Of a stretch of 33,313 bases of DNA, positions 10,418 to 21,900 are shown in pieces (positions within the stretch are counted from its first letter, which is position 1; every line of letters begins with the position of its first letter). The translations under genes were made by a program, and so were the position numbers. The DNA is from Catajapyx aquilonaris (taxonomy: Eukaryota): contig JYFJ02004289.1 in assembly GCA_000934665.2 (NCBI GenBank), positions 1 to 33,313 on the forward strand, written 5' to 3'. Under the pieces are notes generated by a model that was not told the DNA's origin, searched no databases, and was given only the letters and a program-made list of their open reading frames with translations.

Positions 10418-11682
10418 TCCTGACTAGCGAAACCGTGCAAATTTGTATATGAATAGAGTAGCTTTACCAAGCTAACACATACAGTATCATTCGGAAGTGT
10501 TTGCATAGCAGTTCCACTCTCAAATATTCTCACATTCCGTGGGAATTAGAGCAGTTTGGGGGGGATTCGCTGAGTTATGTGCACTTCCGCCACGTTAATT
10601 TTGTGGACAAAGTCTGTAAACTGCGATAACACTGTGCTTTGCAGTAGTCTATTGTACCCTCTGTATTCATTATTGTTCGGGTCTTTTATGTGAGAGTAGA
10701 TTACTGACTAATAAATGAAGAACTTTAAATGCAGAAGATGACAGTCACATTTTGGTCAAAATTGAGGCATTGAATCCTCAAAGGAGACTCTGATATTATT
10801 CATAATTATAATAGAGAAATGACACCGTTCTAGAGAAGAATTTGAATAAAATTCAACCTATAAGAAGAAATGGAAGTAACCCTCATATTTCAAAATATGT
10901 GAATTTGTTCGCTCTGCATTTCAGGTCTTCATGTGTACTCTAACAGCTACTGCCTCATATAATTTTCAATTTCATATTTTGACTCCTCTATGATCATATG
11001 AAGAGAAGAGCCAAGAAAAAATAATCAAAAATGCGATAGTAATACGCATCCATCTTACTCAAAAAGATGACTAATGCTTCCCAAAAGTTGTGAGATTCAC
11101 GAATGGGCTACTGTTATACGTAGTTTTGCCGAGTTCGCAAACTCGGGACTCACTGATATGACGGGAAGATTTATTTATGGATAATCGATGGCTTCATTTG
11201 TGGAGTGGTGTTTATTTCGAGTACCCGACATTTGGCAGTGCACGTGCTGCGAGGTACATACTCGACCGACAGTTGCATTCGATACAGTAAAATACACGAG
11301 CAGTCTCGGACACTTTCGAAAAGGGTCAAGGAGATGATCGATTCACCGTATCAGTGATGCAATTGACAGGAAATTAATTCCATTCCGTTTCGCATATGCC
11401 GTGTCGGACCTGGTCATTTCAGCAAAAGTATGATAGGCATTGATTTAATTTTAGCAGTCAATTAAGCGGAGCAGTTACGCCCTAGGAATAATCTATGATG
11501 ATCCTGTCAACGTTTTGACATGCAATTTCTTGTTCTGCTTGATTTGATGCCAATTGAATTATAGATCCACGCATTAATTGCTATTGATCTGACGGTGAAG
11601 TTCCGACAATCACATAATGAGCTTCTTTTCCGACAAATTTGTTCAAAAAATAATTGTTGTATGCAGTCATTTAAGCGCAAGA

Positions 11683-11807
11683 ACGATCTGACGTCACACC
11701 AGTCGTTTTTTCTGAGCATGCGCAGTAGTATGCTTGCAGAGCGATTCGAGGACGTGATAGGAGGGAAGAGCTGGGTGGAGACGAGGCTAAACGTGACGTC
11801 AGAGCGT
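11683..11807. repeat. Inverted repeat built on TGACGTCA motifs (possible Kolobok-type MITE core)
   Basis: aacgatctgacgtcac (11682-11697) is inverted to gtgacgtcagagcgtt (11793-11808), 15 of 16 match. It encloses gcatgcgca. Outer ends were not found. Confidence 0.45.
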
Positions 11808-12014
11808 TTTTTGGTTTCACTACAAAAGTTTTGAGATACTGTACGCAAATTATATTCTCTAAAAAAATATTCGCGTAAAATAATCACCACCACATTCTGT
11901 AAATTATTGCGTTCTAGTAAACCGTACGGACTTTAGCTTGAATCGTTCTGCCAATCCGGTCTTCAGATATAAACTCTAGCTTTATGATACTTCACATACA
12001 CATATGCAAATTAA

Positions 12015-12270
12015 CCCTCAGTATGAAACCTCATTTAGCCATGCTTAACTTGAAACGCGGGGTCCTTGTTAGACCCCAAGGCGACTCGTGCGCGTTTTAA
12101 TGACAATAACTAGCTTAAAAAAATTTTTCGTCGCGCATAATTTTTTCTCAGGTATGAAAGAGTATATTATTTTGAGGAATACAGTTGTTCGATTTTTCAT
12201 TTTGACAAACGCTTGGTGACATATAAGTATACCATTGGTCCAAAAAGGACCTCACGTTTCAAGTTAAGGG
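12015..12270. mobile_element. piggyBac-like MITE
   Basis: TTAA (12011-12014)-CCCT...AGGG-TTAA (12271-12274). TIR core cttaacttgaaacgcggggtccttgttagacc (12044-12075) is inverted to 12237-12268. The left end is interrupted by about 25 bp of extra sequence. Confidence 0.7.
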
Positions 12271-15200
12271 TTAAATTGGTCGCCAAAATATTACACATCT
12301 TGTATAGTAATGATCGTGCATGTTTTTCAAAGTATGAATAGTGTATTTTCTGTAATACTAACATCTCTCCGTATACGCATGCGTGAGGCTTCCGCTTATC
12401 ACTGTCAAGTTTACAGCGGTTTATTTTATGCTATCTATAACCTACACCAATGTCCATCCGTAGATTGCATATAGGCTAAGCCTTCCGCAATTGCCAAAGA
12501 GGCATCAACAAATAACTTGAGTCACAAAAAAACCGGGCTGTATATACCCATCTAAGCAAATGGGAGCAAAAAAGTTTGAAAAATGCTTTCTGCGTACTGT
12601 ACGGCTCGGATTTGATCATGACAGCATGACAGTCACACACACCCATGAAGATAATGCGCCAGTCCTCCATTCACTGAGTAAAAGCCTAGCCTTTAGCTAC
12701 TAAACGATGCGATTTGCTTGAAAAATGTCCCAAATTAAGCTGACGTCAAGACCACTCAAGATCCGGGAAGCTCGTTCATTTATTTGGCATTTAGATGACG
12801 CATCCGCATTTATAACGGAGGCCCTGCTACACACGTATCGTTTGGAAGGGGAACACCCAGTAGAAGAGGGGGGCGCATCTTCTTCAAAAGGCCGAAAAGT
12901 GTTTCGGAGCCCTTATCTAAAACCCTGAATTTCCTCCTTGTCTTATCTCGGCCACCAGTTGGTTCCATTAAACACAGGAGGGTTTTTGCACCCCACCGTC
13001 CTCCATGTGTTTGCTAGGTTTTCACTTTGAACCAGCAGCCTCGATATTTAATATTGGAAGCTCTATTCACGTCAGAGTTGTGGCTTGTCATTACCTCATT
13101 AGGTATTTTCAAATGAGTGAAAGTGGGTGGAAGTAAATATTTTCAGTCTAGCTTTGGGCTTATTTTATTAGGAATGTGTATGTTGGCGAAAGGAGGATTC
13201 CTGGTTTTACGTGGCCGTAACATATACGCATATGTGCAGAGGACCATCAAGGAAGGTATTACTGGCTCCTAAGCATGACGGGGGTTGCGGGGAAGCCTTT
13301 TAGAACTTTCTATCCCCGATCAGTAAGTTATGGCCTTTCCTTGCGGACGTGATGGGATATCGAGATCTAGTCTATATGCTGGGATTTTCGGTAGTCTGGG
13401 TTCTCAAATGTTATTGGTGCTCATCTACGGATTTTGAACACCGTACTCTTACAGTGCATTGTAAAGCTCACATACTTGCGGCAGGCATGTGTGACAGTAT
13501 GTTTGATGCAAATATATTGCCTATTGTATTGAATGGACTAATAATAATTATGGCGATTCAATGAAGCCTACTGTATGAAGAACGCAGAATCAATCCATTT
13601 TCTGGTACAAAAAAGATGATATGGATTCAAAAAGGAAAGCCTGTTCAATATTGTACGGGATTCAGGTGATATATCTCACAGTCACCACTTCGTGTGCAGG
13701 CGAATCATAATTATTAAACGACTAGTAATTGTTACAATACGCGGAAGAATACTAGTTCTCAATTCGGAGAATTCAAGTGCAGTATATGGATTAATCGCCT
13801 TCCTCCTATTTAAACCGCTCAACATTTTTTTCCTGAGAAGATCGTCCACATTTCCTTGAAACTCGTTTTCTGCAACCAGCAGGTAAAACCGGGGTAAAAC
13901 CTGAGATCGATATTTGAAGAGGTATTTTTTTTTGCTTTTAACTCCTTCAAATAAGGAATCTTATTTAGGTGCAGAACTGTGAGAGTTTAACTTCGATTAA
14001 AACTTTCTCGAATGAAATAAGTCTCCTTCTGAATGTCGGAAGAATATGTTGCTGCAGCTGTCACTCACGCAAGACTGTTAGTAGACCCACATTTCGCTCA
14101 TAGAACAGGCCAGGACAAGGTGTTGATGCATGACGTGCTTTGGCGTCAGACCATCGCATCGTAATGAGTATGGCAAATCTTCAACGTGGCTGCTGGGAGC
14201 AATAATAGATGGAATCGACACATTTGGTGCCCAATTTGGCACGTTTCTTCTATAGACCCCCTATAAGTCCTTATGGCCAAAGTATCAAATTGAGCCTGTC
14301 TTTCACTGGCTGAGGGCGACATTTCTTTGGAAAACTTCCAGACGGACATTTCGATCCGTAGTTTTGAAGGAATCCACAGCCTTCGATTTACCACAGACAC
14401 AAACACCGAACTTTCGACATGCAAAACAAATGTCCTAATTAGATTCAAGCCGCACTTCAAATGATCCCAACCCTCTTCGGTAAGCTTAAATGTCCGCAAT
14501 AATCACCTTGGGACCCTCTCCAATAAATTCCCGGAAATGCAATACACGCACACACCATGTCACATCAGCCGTACATCACACATCTTGTTACCTCACCCCC
14601 AACCATTTCCAAGCACCCTTTGCATTCCATGAATGAAACCACAGGGTGCGTGCAAAATAAATTGGGTTGTCCCCTATACTTGAATGTGCAATGAGAGGTG
14701 TAGGACAATTTGAAGGCAACAGAGGTGCGCTAATTGCAACTAGGGAAGCCTTACAATGTAGTCGCCTGAATAATTTATTGGTTCCGAACATGCCCCCACA
14801 ATTTATCCGGGTTCAGGTTGCGACTCTTTACAGGAATTACTCGAGGCAAGACCTTTTCACAGAGAGGTATGAAATGATTCAAAATGTTCAGAGTCATTAT
14901 AATCGCTCATTGGCAATACTAATGAGACGGGGGCAGGGAGTCAAAGGAACCGATATTGGTGACGGAGGTAGGTAAAAACAGTAACGGGTTTGAACTACAA
15001 AAATAAGGCGCATTATTTCAAAGCGTTTCTGTAGCTATACCTTGTCATCTCCGAGCTTTTGTGCGCTTTCAAAAGCTTTGTTATGCCAAGTGCAATATTG
15101 ATTTTTCCTTCCCGCCTCTTTGGAATGAAATTTGAACAACTCCGAAGATGTCAGCTTTAGCACGGTAAAAGGAATGAGTCCGAGGTTTTTTTTGAAGCTC

Positions 15201-15758
15201 TTTGCAAAGCAACTTTGAAATGCATTAAGAAAATTTTCTGAAATACAGTGCAGAAGGCGGGATTTTTATCCGAAATTACAACTAGTGTCCCTACTGAAAA
15301 ATAATGGTAAGTTTTTAACTATGATTATACCAACATCAACTCTGTATTAACACGAAATAAAATTTAATAACAATGATGAATGAAACAGCAACAAAAAATG
15401 GGTTATTGATTGTATACTGTGTGGACAACCACACTAGTCACCATTAGTAATAGCTACATTCCTACATATTATTGCATATTAAACATTCATATCATCGGTA
15501 TATGCAAGATAAATCCACCAAGTCCACAATCATAACCAGTGATAATCGAAATCAAAGATTTGACCTTGCACTTGTTTACATGCTTGTGAAGACAGAAAAT
15601 CCTGTCTTACTGGCCCATTATGGACTAGTTATTACTTAATTGACTTACCAGGTGATAGAACATAAAAATGCTGCTTTGTGGTGTAAATAACTCAAAATCG
15701 CCAAAATTGGTCTTGGTGGATTTCACTTGGATGCTGCCGACGGTGTATTACCGGTATT

Positions 15759-15821
15759 TATTATTATTTTTTTATTATTTATTTAATACCCTTTACTGGC
15801 CTACTTGGCCTTAAGGGGAAT
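15759..15821 (-). mobile_element. 63-bp retroposed 3' tail of a LINE/SINE with 13-bp TSD
   Basis: Direct repeat tattaccggtatt at 15746-15758 and 15822-15834. The minus strand reads ccccttaaggcc-aagta-ggccagtaaaggg (stem-loop) followed by a taaataaataataaa... tail. Confidence 0.75.
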
Positions 15822-18295
15822 TATTACCGGTATTAATAAAGTAATAGACTATAGGCCTACTATAAAAATTTATATGCAGGAATGTGGGTTACAATATATT
15901 TTATTGGTCTCTACGTGGTTTTAGCACTATAGTCACGCATATAGTATATACGGTATGCGCTACAATAAGTATTGTCCGTCTTTCACCGGCTTATACCTGA
16001 ATGCCACCCACTCCAGAACGCCCACCACAATAACGGAGTGCAATAATATAAGGGTCGGAAAGACTTGTTATACCTCGCGTAATTTCCGAGACTGCTGTGT
16101 ACGTGCCTCCTGTCATATGCATGACATATGACAACTGCGGATCTTGTCGAGATTCTAATCGACCTCAGTTATCGCGATCCGAAGTGGATGGAATTCATAT
16201 ACGACGGTGAATGGGAGCTGCCTTTGCAAGAAAGATGTACAGTAGGTTATACCAGTTTTGAAACAAAGTAATTCATAGTAATGCAAAGCGTGCATTACAC
16301 CGTAGAAATTTGTCTAACGACAGTCTACGCTGCGACTAAATAAAAAATATTTCACAAGCCTTGTCGAGCGTATCAACACGACACGAAAGGATTGACTAAT
16401 ATTACATCGTTTCAGGAATAGGCCTACATTGTATCACATAATCCTTCATGTAGATAAAATTCTCCTCCATTTAAAGTAGCTTTTAGTTAAAAGCAAATCC
16501 GACGGGCTAATGAATTTTTGCCATTTTAATTGGACACTGACATCTTGTTTGAGCCCATGTGGGAATTACCCAATGAGATAAATAGAATGGGGAGGTTGAC
16601 GGCAGCTGCTTTTGGGGGGTCCAAACGCCGTCCTTCCTCCGCCGCCAGTATCGATTTTGGCCTTCCTATGCGTATTCTATCCTCCCTCCCTCCCTCCCTT
16701 CCTCCCCCTCTTCAACTCCCAATTCACCCCACCCACCCCTGTTCTCTCGCACAGCAACACCGGACGCACATTCCGGGCCTGGCAAGAGAATTCTCAATAA
16801 GCCCAGCAATTTGCCCCATCCGGCAACACCGCAAGACCTGAGCAATATGGCCGCCGCAAAACCCACAGCTTACCCGTCTTGGGACTTATCTACGGTCGCT
16901 TTGAGGTTAGACAAGTTTGGCAAGGTGGTCATTACCATAACTAGAGGCTCATAGAGTGGCACTAAATGACCAAATACCCTAAAGTGATATAAAGCATGTA
17001 GTAAATGTCAAAAGAGCCAAGTATTATTGGAGCCTGGTAACTGGGGCACAAATGTAACGTTACTCCACTTGGGAGATGCAGGACACACAGCGACACACTT
17101 TAATTATTAGGTGGTAGGTGTCCTGGCGAATCTCATTTACGGGTAGTGCTCTCGGGCTGTATTTATGGCTATGGAGGCTATAGATCTTCCTTTGTCGTCA
17201 TGGGAACTATGGTCGAGGGGGGGGGGGGGGNNGGGGCGTGGTCAAATGGGTATCCCTTGGGGATCAAAATGTCCCTTTCTATGTGACTCGCGGGTGGTAT
17301 TTTGTTGGTAGGAGGGCGAACTAAAAGTTGTGTCTCTTCATTGGAGTCTATTGTGATATGCGCATAATCGCATGGCTTTAATAGGCGGGGGTGCTTTTTT
17401 TGACGCCCTTGTCGCTCCGTGTTGGCAAATCAGTCGTGCCCAGCTGTTAGCTTTCCACGCTAATGATCGTTTTTAATATCGCGATTTTGCCACAGTTGGG
17501 CTAAATTATCTTGTTTCGTGCCCCCCCAGGTTCCGCGAACATGTGGCTACTACTATTTTATACGGAGATGCTGCGCGTCATGTTTAGAAACTCATAAAAA
17601 TGGAAGTCACGACCTGAGAGAAGCTGGGGAAAAGGATCCAAAAATAAGATTGGTTGCGGCTGAAACTTTCCTATTTTCTCGTTTACCGGACCACAAAGCG
17701 AGAAAAAACTCCAGATTGTGCACCTTGCATCTTTGATAGCCCCATGTCACTCTTGCTAAATTGCTGTGAAATATTTGATGCCAACAGCCGCTCTCTCTTT
17801 TCGAGCTTCAGGGAGGATACAATACTTCTAGTGTCCTTGGCTGGGAATTCCTAAAATGCAGCAACTGAAAATAGTGCATCCCTATATGATGTAACAACCA
17901 GGGTTGCGGTGGGGACATTGAGCAAATAGTGGCACAGCCTGCTTTCGTGTGTTCCTTCGATGCAATTGGTGCAATGGGACTACTTGTGGCCATGTTGGCA
18001 AAGGGCACCTATGGCTCCAGGAAGAGCTGCTTCGGGACACTGAATAAATAAGAAACGCTCTCCTGCAACAACGGACTACTCAGGGAGCTGGTTGCATAAA
18101 TCAATGCATTATCCAGTTGCAGCGGAGGCGAATGGTATTTATTTTTCGCTCTTAGAGCAAACTAAGAATTTAGAGGCCCAAAATAGCTTTGGTTTTCAGG
18201 AACGTAGCGACTGAAAAGCCTGTGTCAATCATGATGTCGAGTCCATGTTACTGGCAGTAAGTCGACGTAAATGGTCGCAGGAGCACAAATCAAGG

Positions 18296-18659
18296 CACGG
18301 TCATATAAGTAAGGTCTGGTCACTCCCACCCACCCCCTGCCGGGGCGTTTTGCATCGGGCGCTCACCTGAGAGCGCCATGAGACATCTCGAGGCCACGAT
18401 AAGTGGCGACCCTACCGGACTATAGGCTGAACTTTATACATACGAAGGGGAGGGCTACATTGGGGTGCCCAACATGGCCGCCGGCGGCCATGTTGGGCCA
18501 GCATGTAGCCCTCCCCTTTCGTACCTATAAAGTTCAGCCTAATCCGGTAGGGTCGCCACTTATCGTGGCCTCCGAAATGTCTCATGGCGGCTCAGGCGAG
18601 CACCCGCTGCAAAATGCCTCGGCAGGCGATAACGCCAGAACGTAGTATAAGTGTCCGTG
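18296..18659. mobile_element. 364-bp almost fully palindromic element with CACGG...CCGTG termini
   Basis: Arms pair from cctgccgggg (18336) to ggcagg (18626) around the loopless centre catggccgcc|ggcggccatg (18482/18483). Outer imperfect TIR: cacggtcatataagtaaggtctgg / ccagaacgtagtataagtgtccgtg. aatcaagg occurs at 18288-18295 and 18665-18672. Confidence 0.85.
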
Positions 18660-18893
18660 GGCTGAATCAAGGCATAAAATTTTCATGGCGGTTATGGGTA
18701 ACAAGTAAGTAAAGGAACTTCGCGCGGTAAAATCAGTTGTTGCTTACACTCTGGAGTGACAGTCATATGCACATATGTGGTGTTAATGTCATGATAAATA
18801 TTCGGAGCAACGCCATATCAAAGCCACATTTGATCAGAATCATCAAAATGGTCAAAATGGTAACAATATTATGAGATACTCAGAGGTCTAAGC

Positions 18894-19106
18894 CAGTGGT
18901 TCACAACCTTTTTCGGGTCGCGACCCCCTTTTATGATAGTCAAGTAACCTGCGACCCCCCCTCCNCGAGTGTTAGAAGGCGTTGAAAAAACCTTCGCGGT
19001 TAAATTTCCTGTATATATTTTTTTGATTTCTTTTAAAATTTTAGTAATTTTATAATTTATAAAAAATTACCTCGGCCACGCGCGACCCCCAGGTTGGGAA
19101 CCACTG
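18894..19106. mobile_element. hAT-Charlie-type MITE (213 bp)
   Basis: TIRs cagtggttcacaacct / aggttgggaaccactg, subterminal gcgacccc motifs, and a perfect 8-bp TSD gtctaagc (18886-18893, 19107-19114). Confidence 0.92.
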
Positions 19107-19114
19107 GTCTAAGC

Positions 19115-19575
19115 CATGGTCCTTAGGATAGTAAGGTCTGGACACTCCCTCTCTTATCGCCTTAGGCTTAGGAGCCTGATGGGGTGGTTTGCGGCAGGTA
19201 GTCGCGTGATAGCGCTTTTTAGGCGCGAATTGACATTTGCGACCCTACCGGACTGCTCTGAATTAGTAGAAAAGAAGTGCTTCTCTTCTACCTAAGTTCA
19301 GAGCAGTCCGGTAGGGTCGCCAAATGTGATAGCGCTTTTCAGGCGCAGATTGACATTTGGCGACCCTACCGGACCGGGTGAGCCTTAGACCATGGACTTA
19401 GAATAGTACGGTCCGGTCACTCCCCTCGTAACGCCTTAGGGGCCTGACGGGGTTTTCGGCAGGTGGCCGTCTTAAAAGCCGAAACCTGCCGAAAACCACC
19501 CCGTCAGGCCCATAAGGCGTTAAGAGGGGAGTGACCGGACCGTACTATTCTAAGTCCATGGTCTAAGGCTCACCC
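19115..19575. mobile_element. Composite multi-hairpin element with CATGG...CCATG termini, related to 18296-18659
   Basis: 19115-19199 is inverted to 19484-19560 and direct to 19391-19464. Hairpins at 19233-19327, 19306-19374 and 19376-19575. Flanks are gtctaagc (19107-19114) and gtctaagg (19561-19568). Confidence 0.8.
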
Positions 19576-19652
19576 ACGAGGGGAGTTACCGGTTAACCCC
19601 CTTCCCCGAGAGAAAAAACGATGAAAAAAACGGGGGGAAACCCTCTAGATAA

Positions 19653-19720
19653 CAGTGCTTTCCAAACTGTGGGTCGCGACCCCAAATGGGGTGGCGAATA
19701 TAATATTTGGGGTCGTGAGG
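19653..19720 (+). mobile_element. 5' end fragment of a second hAT-Charlie-like element
   Basis: cagtgctttccaaactgtgggtcgcgacccc...tggggtggcg...tggggtcgtg. No matching 3' TIR was found. Confidence 0.65.
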
Positions 19721-20065
19721 GAGGGTAACTAGTTATTTTTTAGAAATAACATTATTGATTTTATCTCTCTGGAAAAATTTGCCCGTAAACGAGATCGAAG
19801 AACCGCTAATGATGGCAACATTGAGGAATTGTTTGTGAACATGCAGCGAAAAAACCTAAGCAGAACGCCTTTCAAGTGTGCATGCAGATCTGAAATTGTT
19901 ATTAATCTTCATGTCCTGCAGTAAGCTTTCATGCTATCCCTTCTGTTGTGTATTGTCCAGATTAATGATAATACGTGCGTTCATTAAGGAAATATCTGCA
20001 AACAGTCCATTATTTGGGCCTGTACCTGGTAGTCAAAACAGTAGTGCATCTTAGGGACTCAAGAA

Positions 20066-20890
20066 ATGCAAAAGAGTGCTGAAGATACTTTCTCTGCTGC
20101 TTTCAAAAGTGCCAGTAAGGATGCTTTGAAACTTGAGATTCCAATAATAAAACCAAGAACAACCAGCAGTCAGACCATGCTGAGCAAAATTCCTGCAAAC
20201 AGCATAGAGGACTACTATACAAGAGATCATTATACACTATATACGGTATAGTATACACTATACAGTATATCCCTTTCCTCAATGCTTCAATTTCCTCATT
20301 TCAATCAAAATTTACAAAAATTAAAAATACCTTACAGCCATTTCAATATCTCCTTTCCGATGAAGCTGGCAGAAGATAGAATGTTGTTGATTCTTTTAAA
20401 AATCTTGCATATTTTAAAGGCCTGAGTGGCAGAATCGAAGGTGAGCTAAAGCCTTGCCATCAAAGTTTGTCTTCGGCTTCAGTTAAGCCGAAGAGTGGCA
20501 CAAAAGCCATTCCAATGCAACGATAAATATTGTTCCCAGTCATCAGTATAGGCTAAGCTTCTCCAAATAATGGCAACACTGCCAGTAACAACTTGTAGGG
20601 TACTGCAGAAAGGTCTTTCTCAACTCTATAAAAGTGCTCAAAACTTAGGAATAGTAGGCCTAATAGTAGCCCTACCGGCGAGGAAAGACCCAATAGACTG
20701 GCGCTGATGTGCTATATCACTCAAAAAGATAAAGACGATTTTCACCATTTTGCATTTGATTTCAATGCAAAATAATTGCTTCCATCGTTTTCAGCGAAAC
20801 AGTACAATCATTGTAACCTATACACTTACGGTATGTAATGAAGAAGTGCTAGATGATCTGGCCGACTAACCAAGGAAGCTAGACAGTAGA
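20066..20890 (+). pseudogene. Decayed hAT transposase C-terminal half with hATC dimerisation domain (THAP12/P52rIPK-like lineage)
   Basis: Reconstructed across frameshifts: QKSAEDTFSAAF...IKPRTTSSQT...PANSIEDYYKRSLYIPFLN...EGELK...LFPVISKLLQIMATLPVTTCTAERSFSTLKVLKT...STGEERPNRLALM...EEVLDDLA. It has several stops and frameshifts. Confidence 0.88.
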
Positions 20891-21126
20891 CATAAGACTT
20901 GAGTAATTAAAATGTAGTAGAAATGTCAAGTAAACCTGCTGCGTGTTCTGGTATTTCATTTAGGCCTACTTATTAATTTATGAAACATTTCACTACTTTA
21001 TATTATAGTCTACTTATTAACGATACGTATATATCCATCATTTATTGATGACTCCGACAAGAAGTAACTTAATATAATTTTCATATTCAACTAGATACGG
21101 CCATAATGGTTCTGACGTCTGACAAC

Positions 21127-21166
21127 TCCCCCCCNCCCCCCAACGAAACTTCTGCGTGCTTCATTG
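21127..21166 (+). mobile_element. Probable 3' terminus of the decayed hAT element
   Basis: Poly-C followed by gaaacttctgcgtgcttcattg, which resembles the ...ccccc-gaaatttctgcgtacgccactg end typical of such hAT elements. It lies about 270 bp after the transposase end. Confidence 0.5.
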
Positions 21167-21743
21167 AGCAACTTAAGAAAAATCTCAGATAATATGTAGA
21201 TATTCACATAATCAGACACAATCAGAGATGTCTTCCTCAATTTGTGTTATACAACCAGGCCCTAAACGAGACATGTTTATATATAGTTCCCCAGGGCCTT
21301 TGATATGGATGTTTATTGGACTTATTGCAGCAGGGAACTAGAGAAGATAACACGTTAGAAACTTGTTTAATTAATTGTATCCTGTGGCGGTTGACAAAAA
21401 AGCTTTGTGCGAAAATCACATTTCCCCATTGCACACATTCAGCCCTGCTGTACTGCTGCAGGAAGCTCATTGTTAAGATTACGTGGCATAATATGGCATG
21501 ATTTTGAGTACCGGTAACGGAAACTCCAGGAGCATGGCTAATGTAAGCAGGAAAGGCACGGGTAATCGTTTCTAATCACTTTTTTCCTGTCGATAATGGT
21601 TGCAATAGTTATAAGACAGAAGTACGAGTTCCACCTACAAATTCCACGTTTATACCAATTGAAGCCACTTCGTGCTAACCGAGAGAGGGAAGATACAATT
21701 ATTCTTCCTTACCAATTTCGACTCTTGGTGCTTTTTGGGAAGG

Positions 21744-21900
21744 ACTTTCGCAATGGGAGACCGAATGTGGCAGGGATAGAGGCACGTTGCACAAACCTCA
21801 CCCATGACCTAACCTTCCTTACCAGCGGACCACGTCTATCCTTCAGCCGACCCACGCATAAGAAAGTAGGTAAAAGTGCGTGGTCTCCCGATACGAAAGC
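21744..21900 (+). mobile_element. ~160-bp MITE, copy 1
   Basis: Imperfect TIR actttcgcaatgggagacc / ggtctcccgatacgaaagc. It is colinear over its whole length with 32846-33003. Confidence 0.8.

Noticed and set aside
14146..14975. ORFs of 117 and 102 aa as host exons
   Set aside because: No domain similarity or convincing splice context. Short ORFs of this size occur by chance throughout the window.
17217..17236. Poly-G/C runs as functional G-quadruplexes (also 578-600, 31830-31855)
   Set aside because: The runs contain N bases, so their lengths are unreliable. No evidence of function.
18296..19575. CRISPR-like or attC-like array
   Set aside because: The repeats alternate in orientation, spacing is irregular, the spacers are themselves palindromic, and there are no cas or integrase genes.
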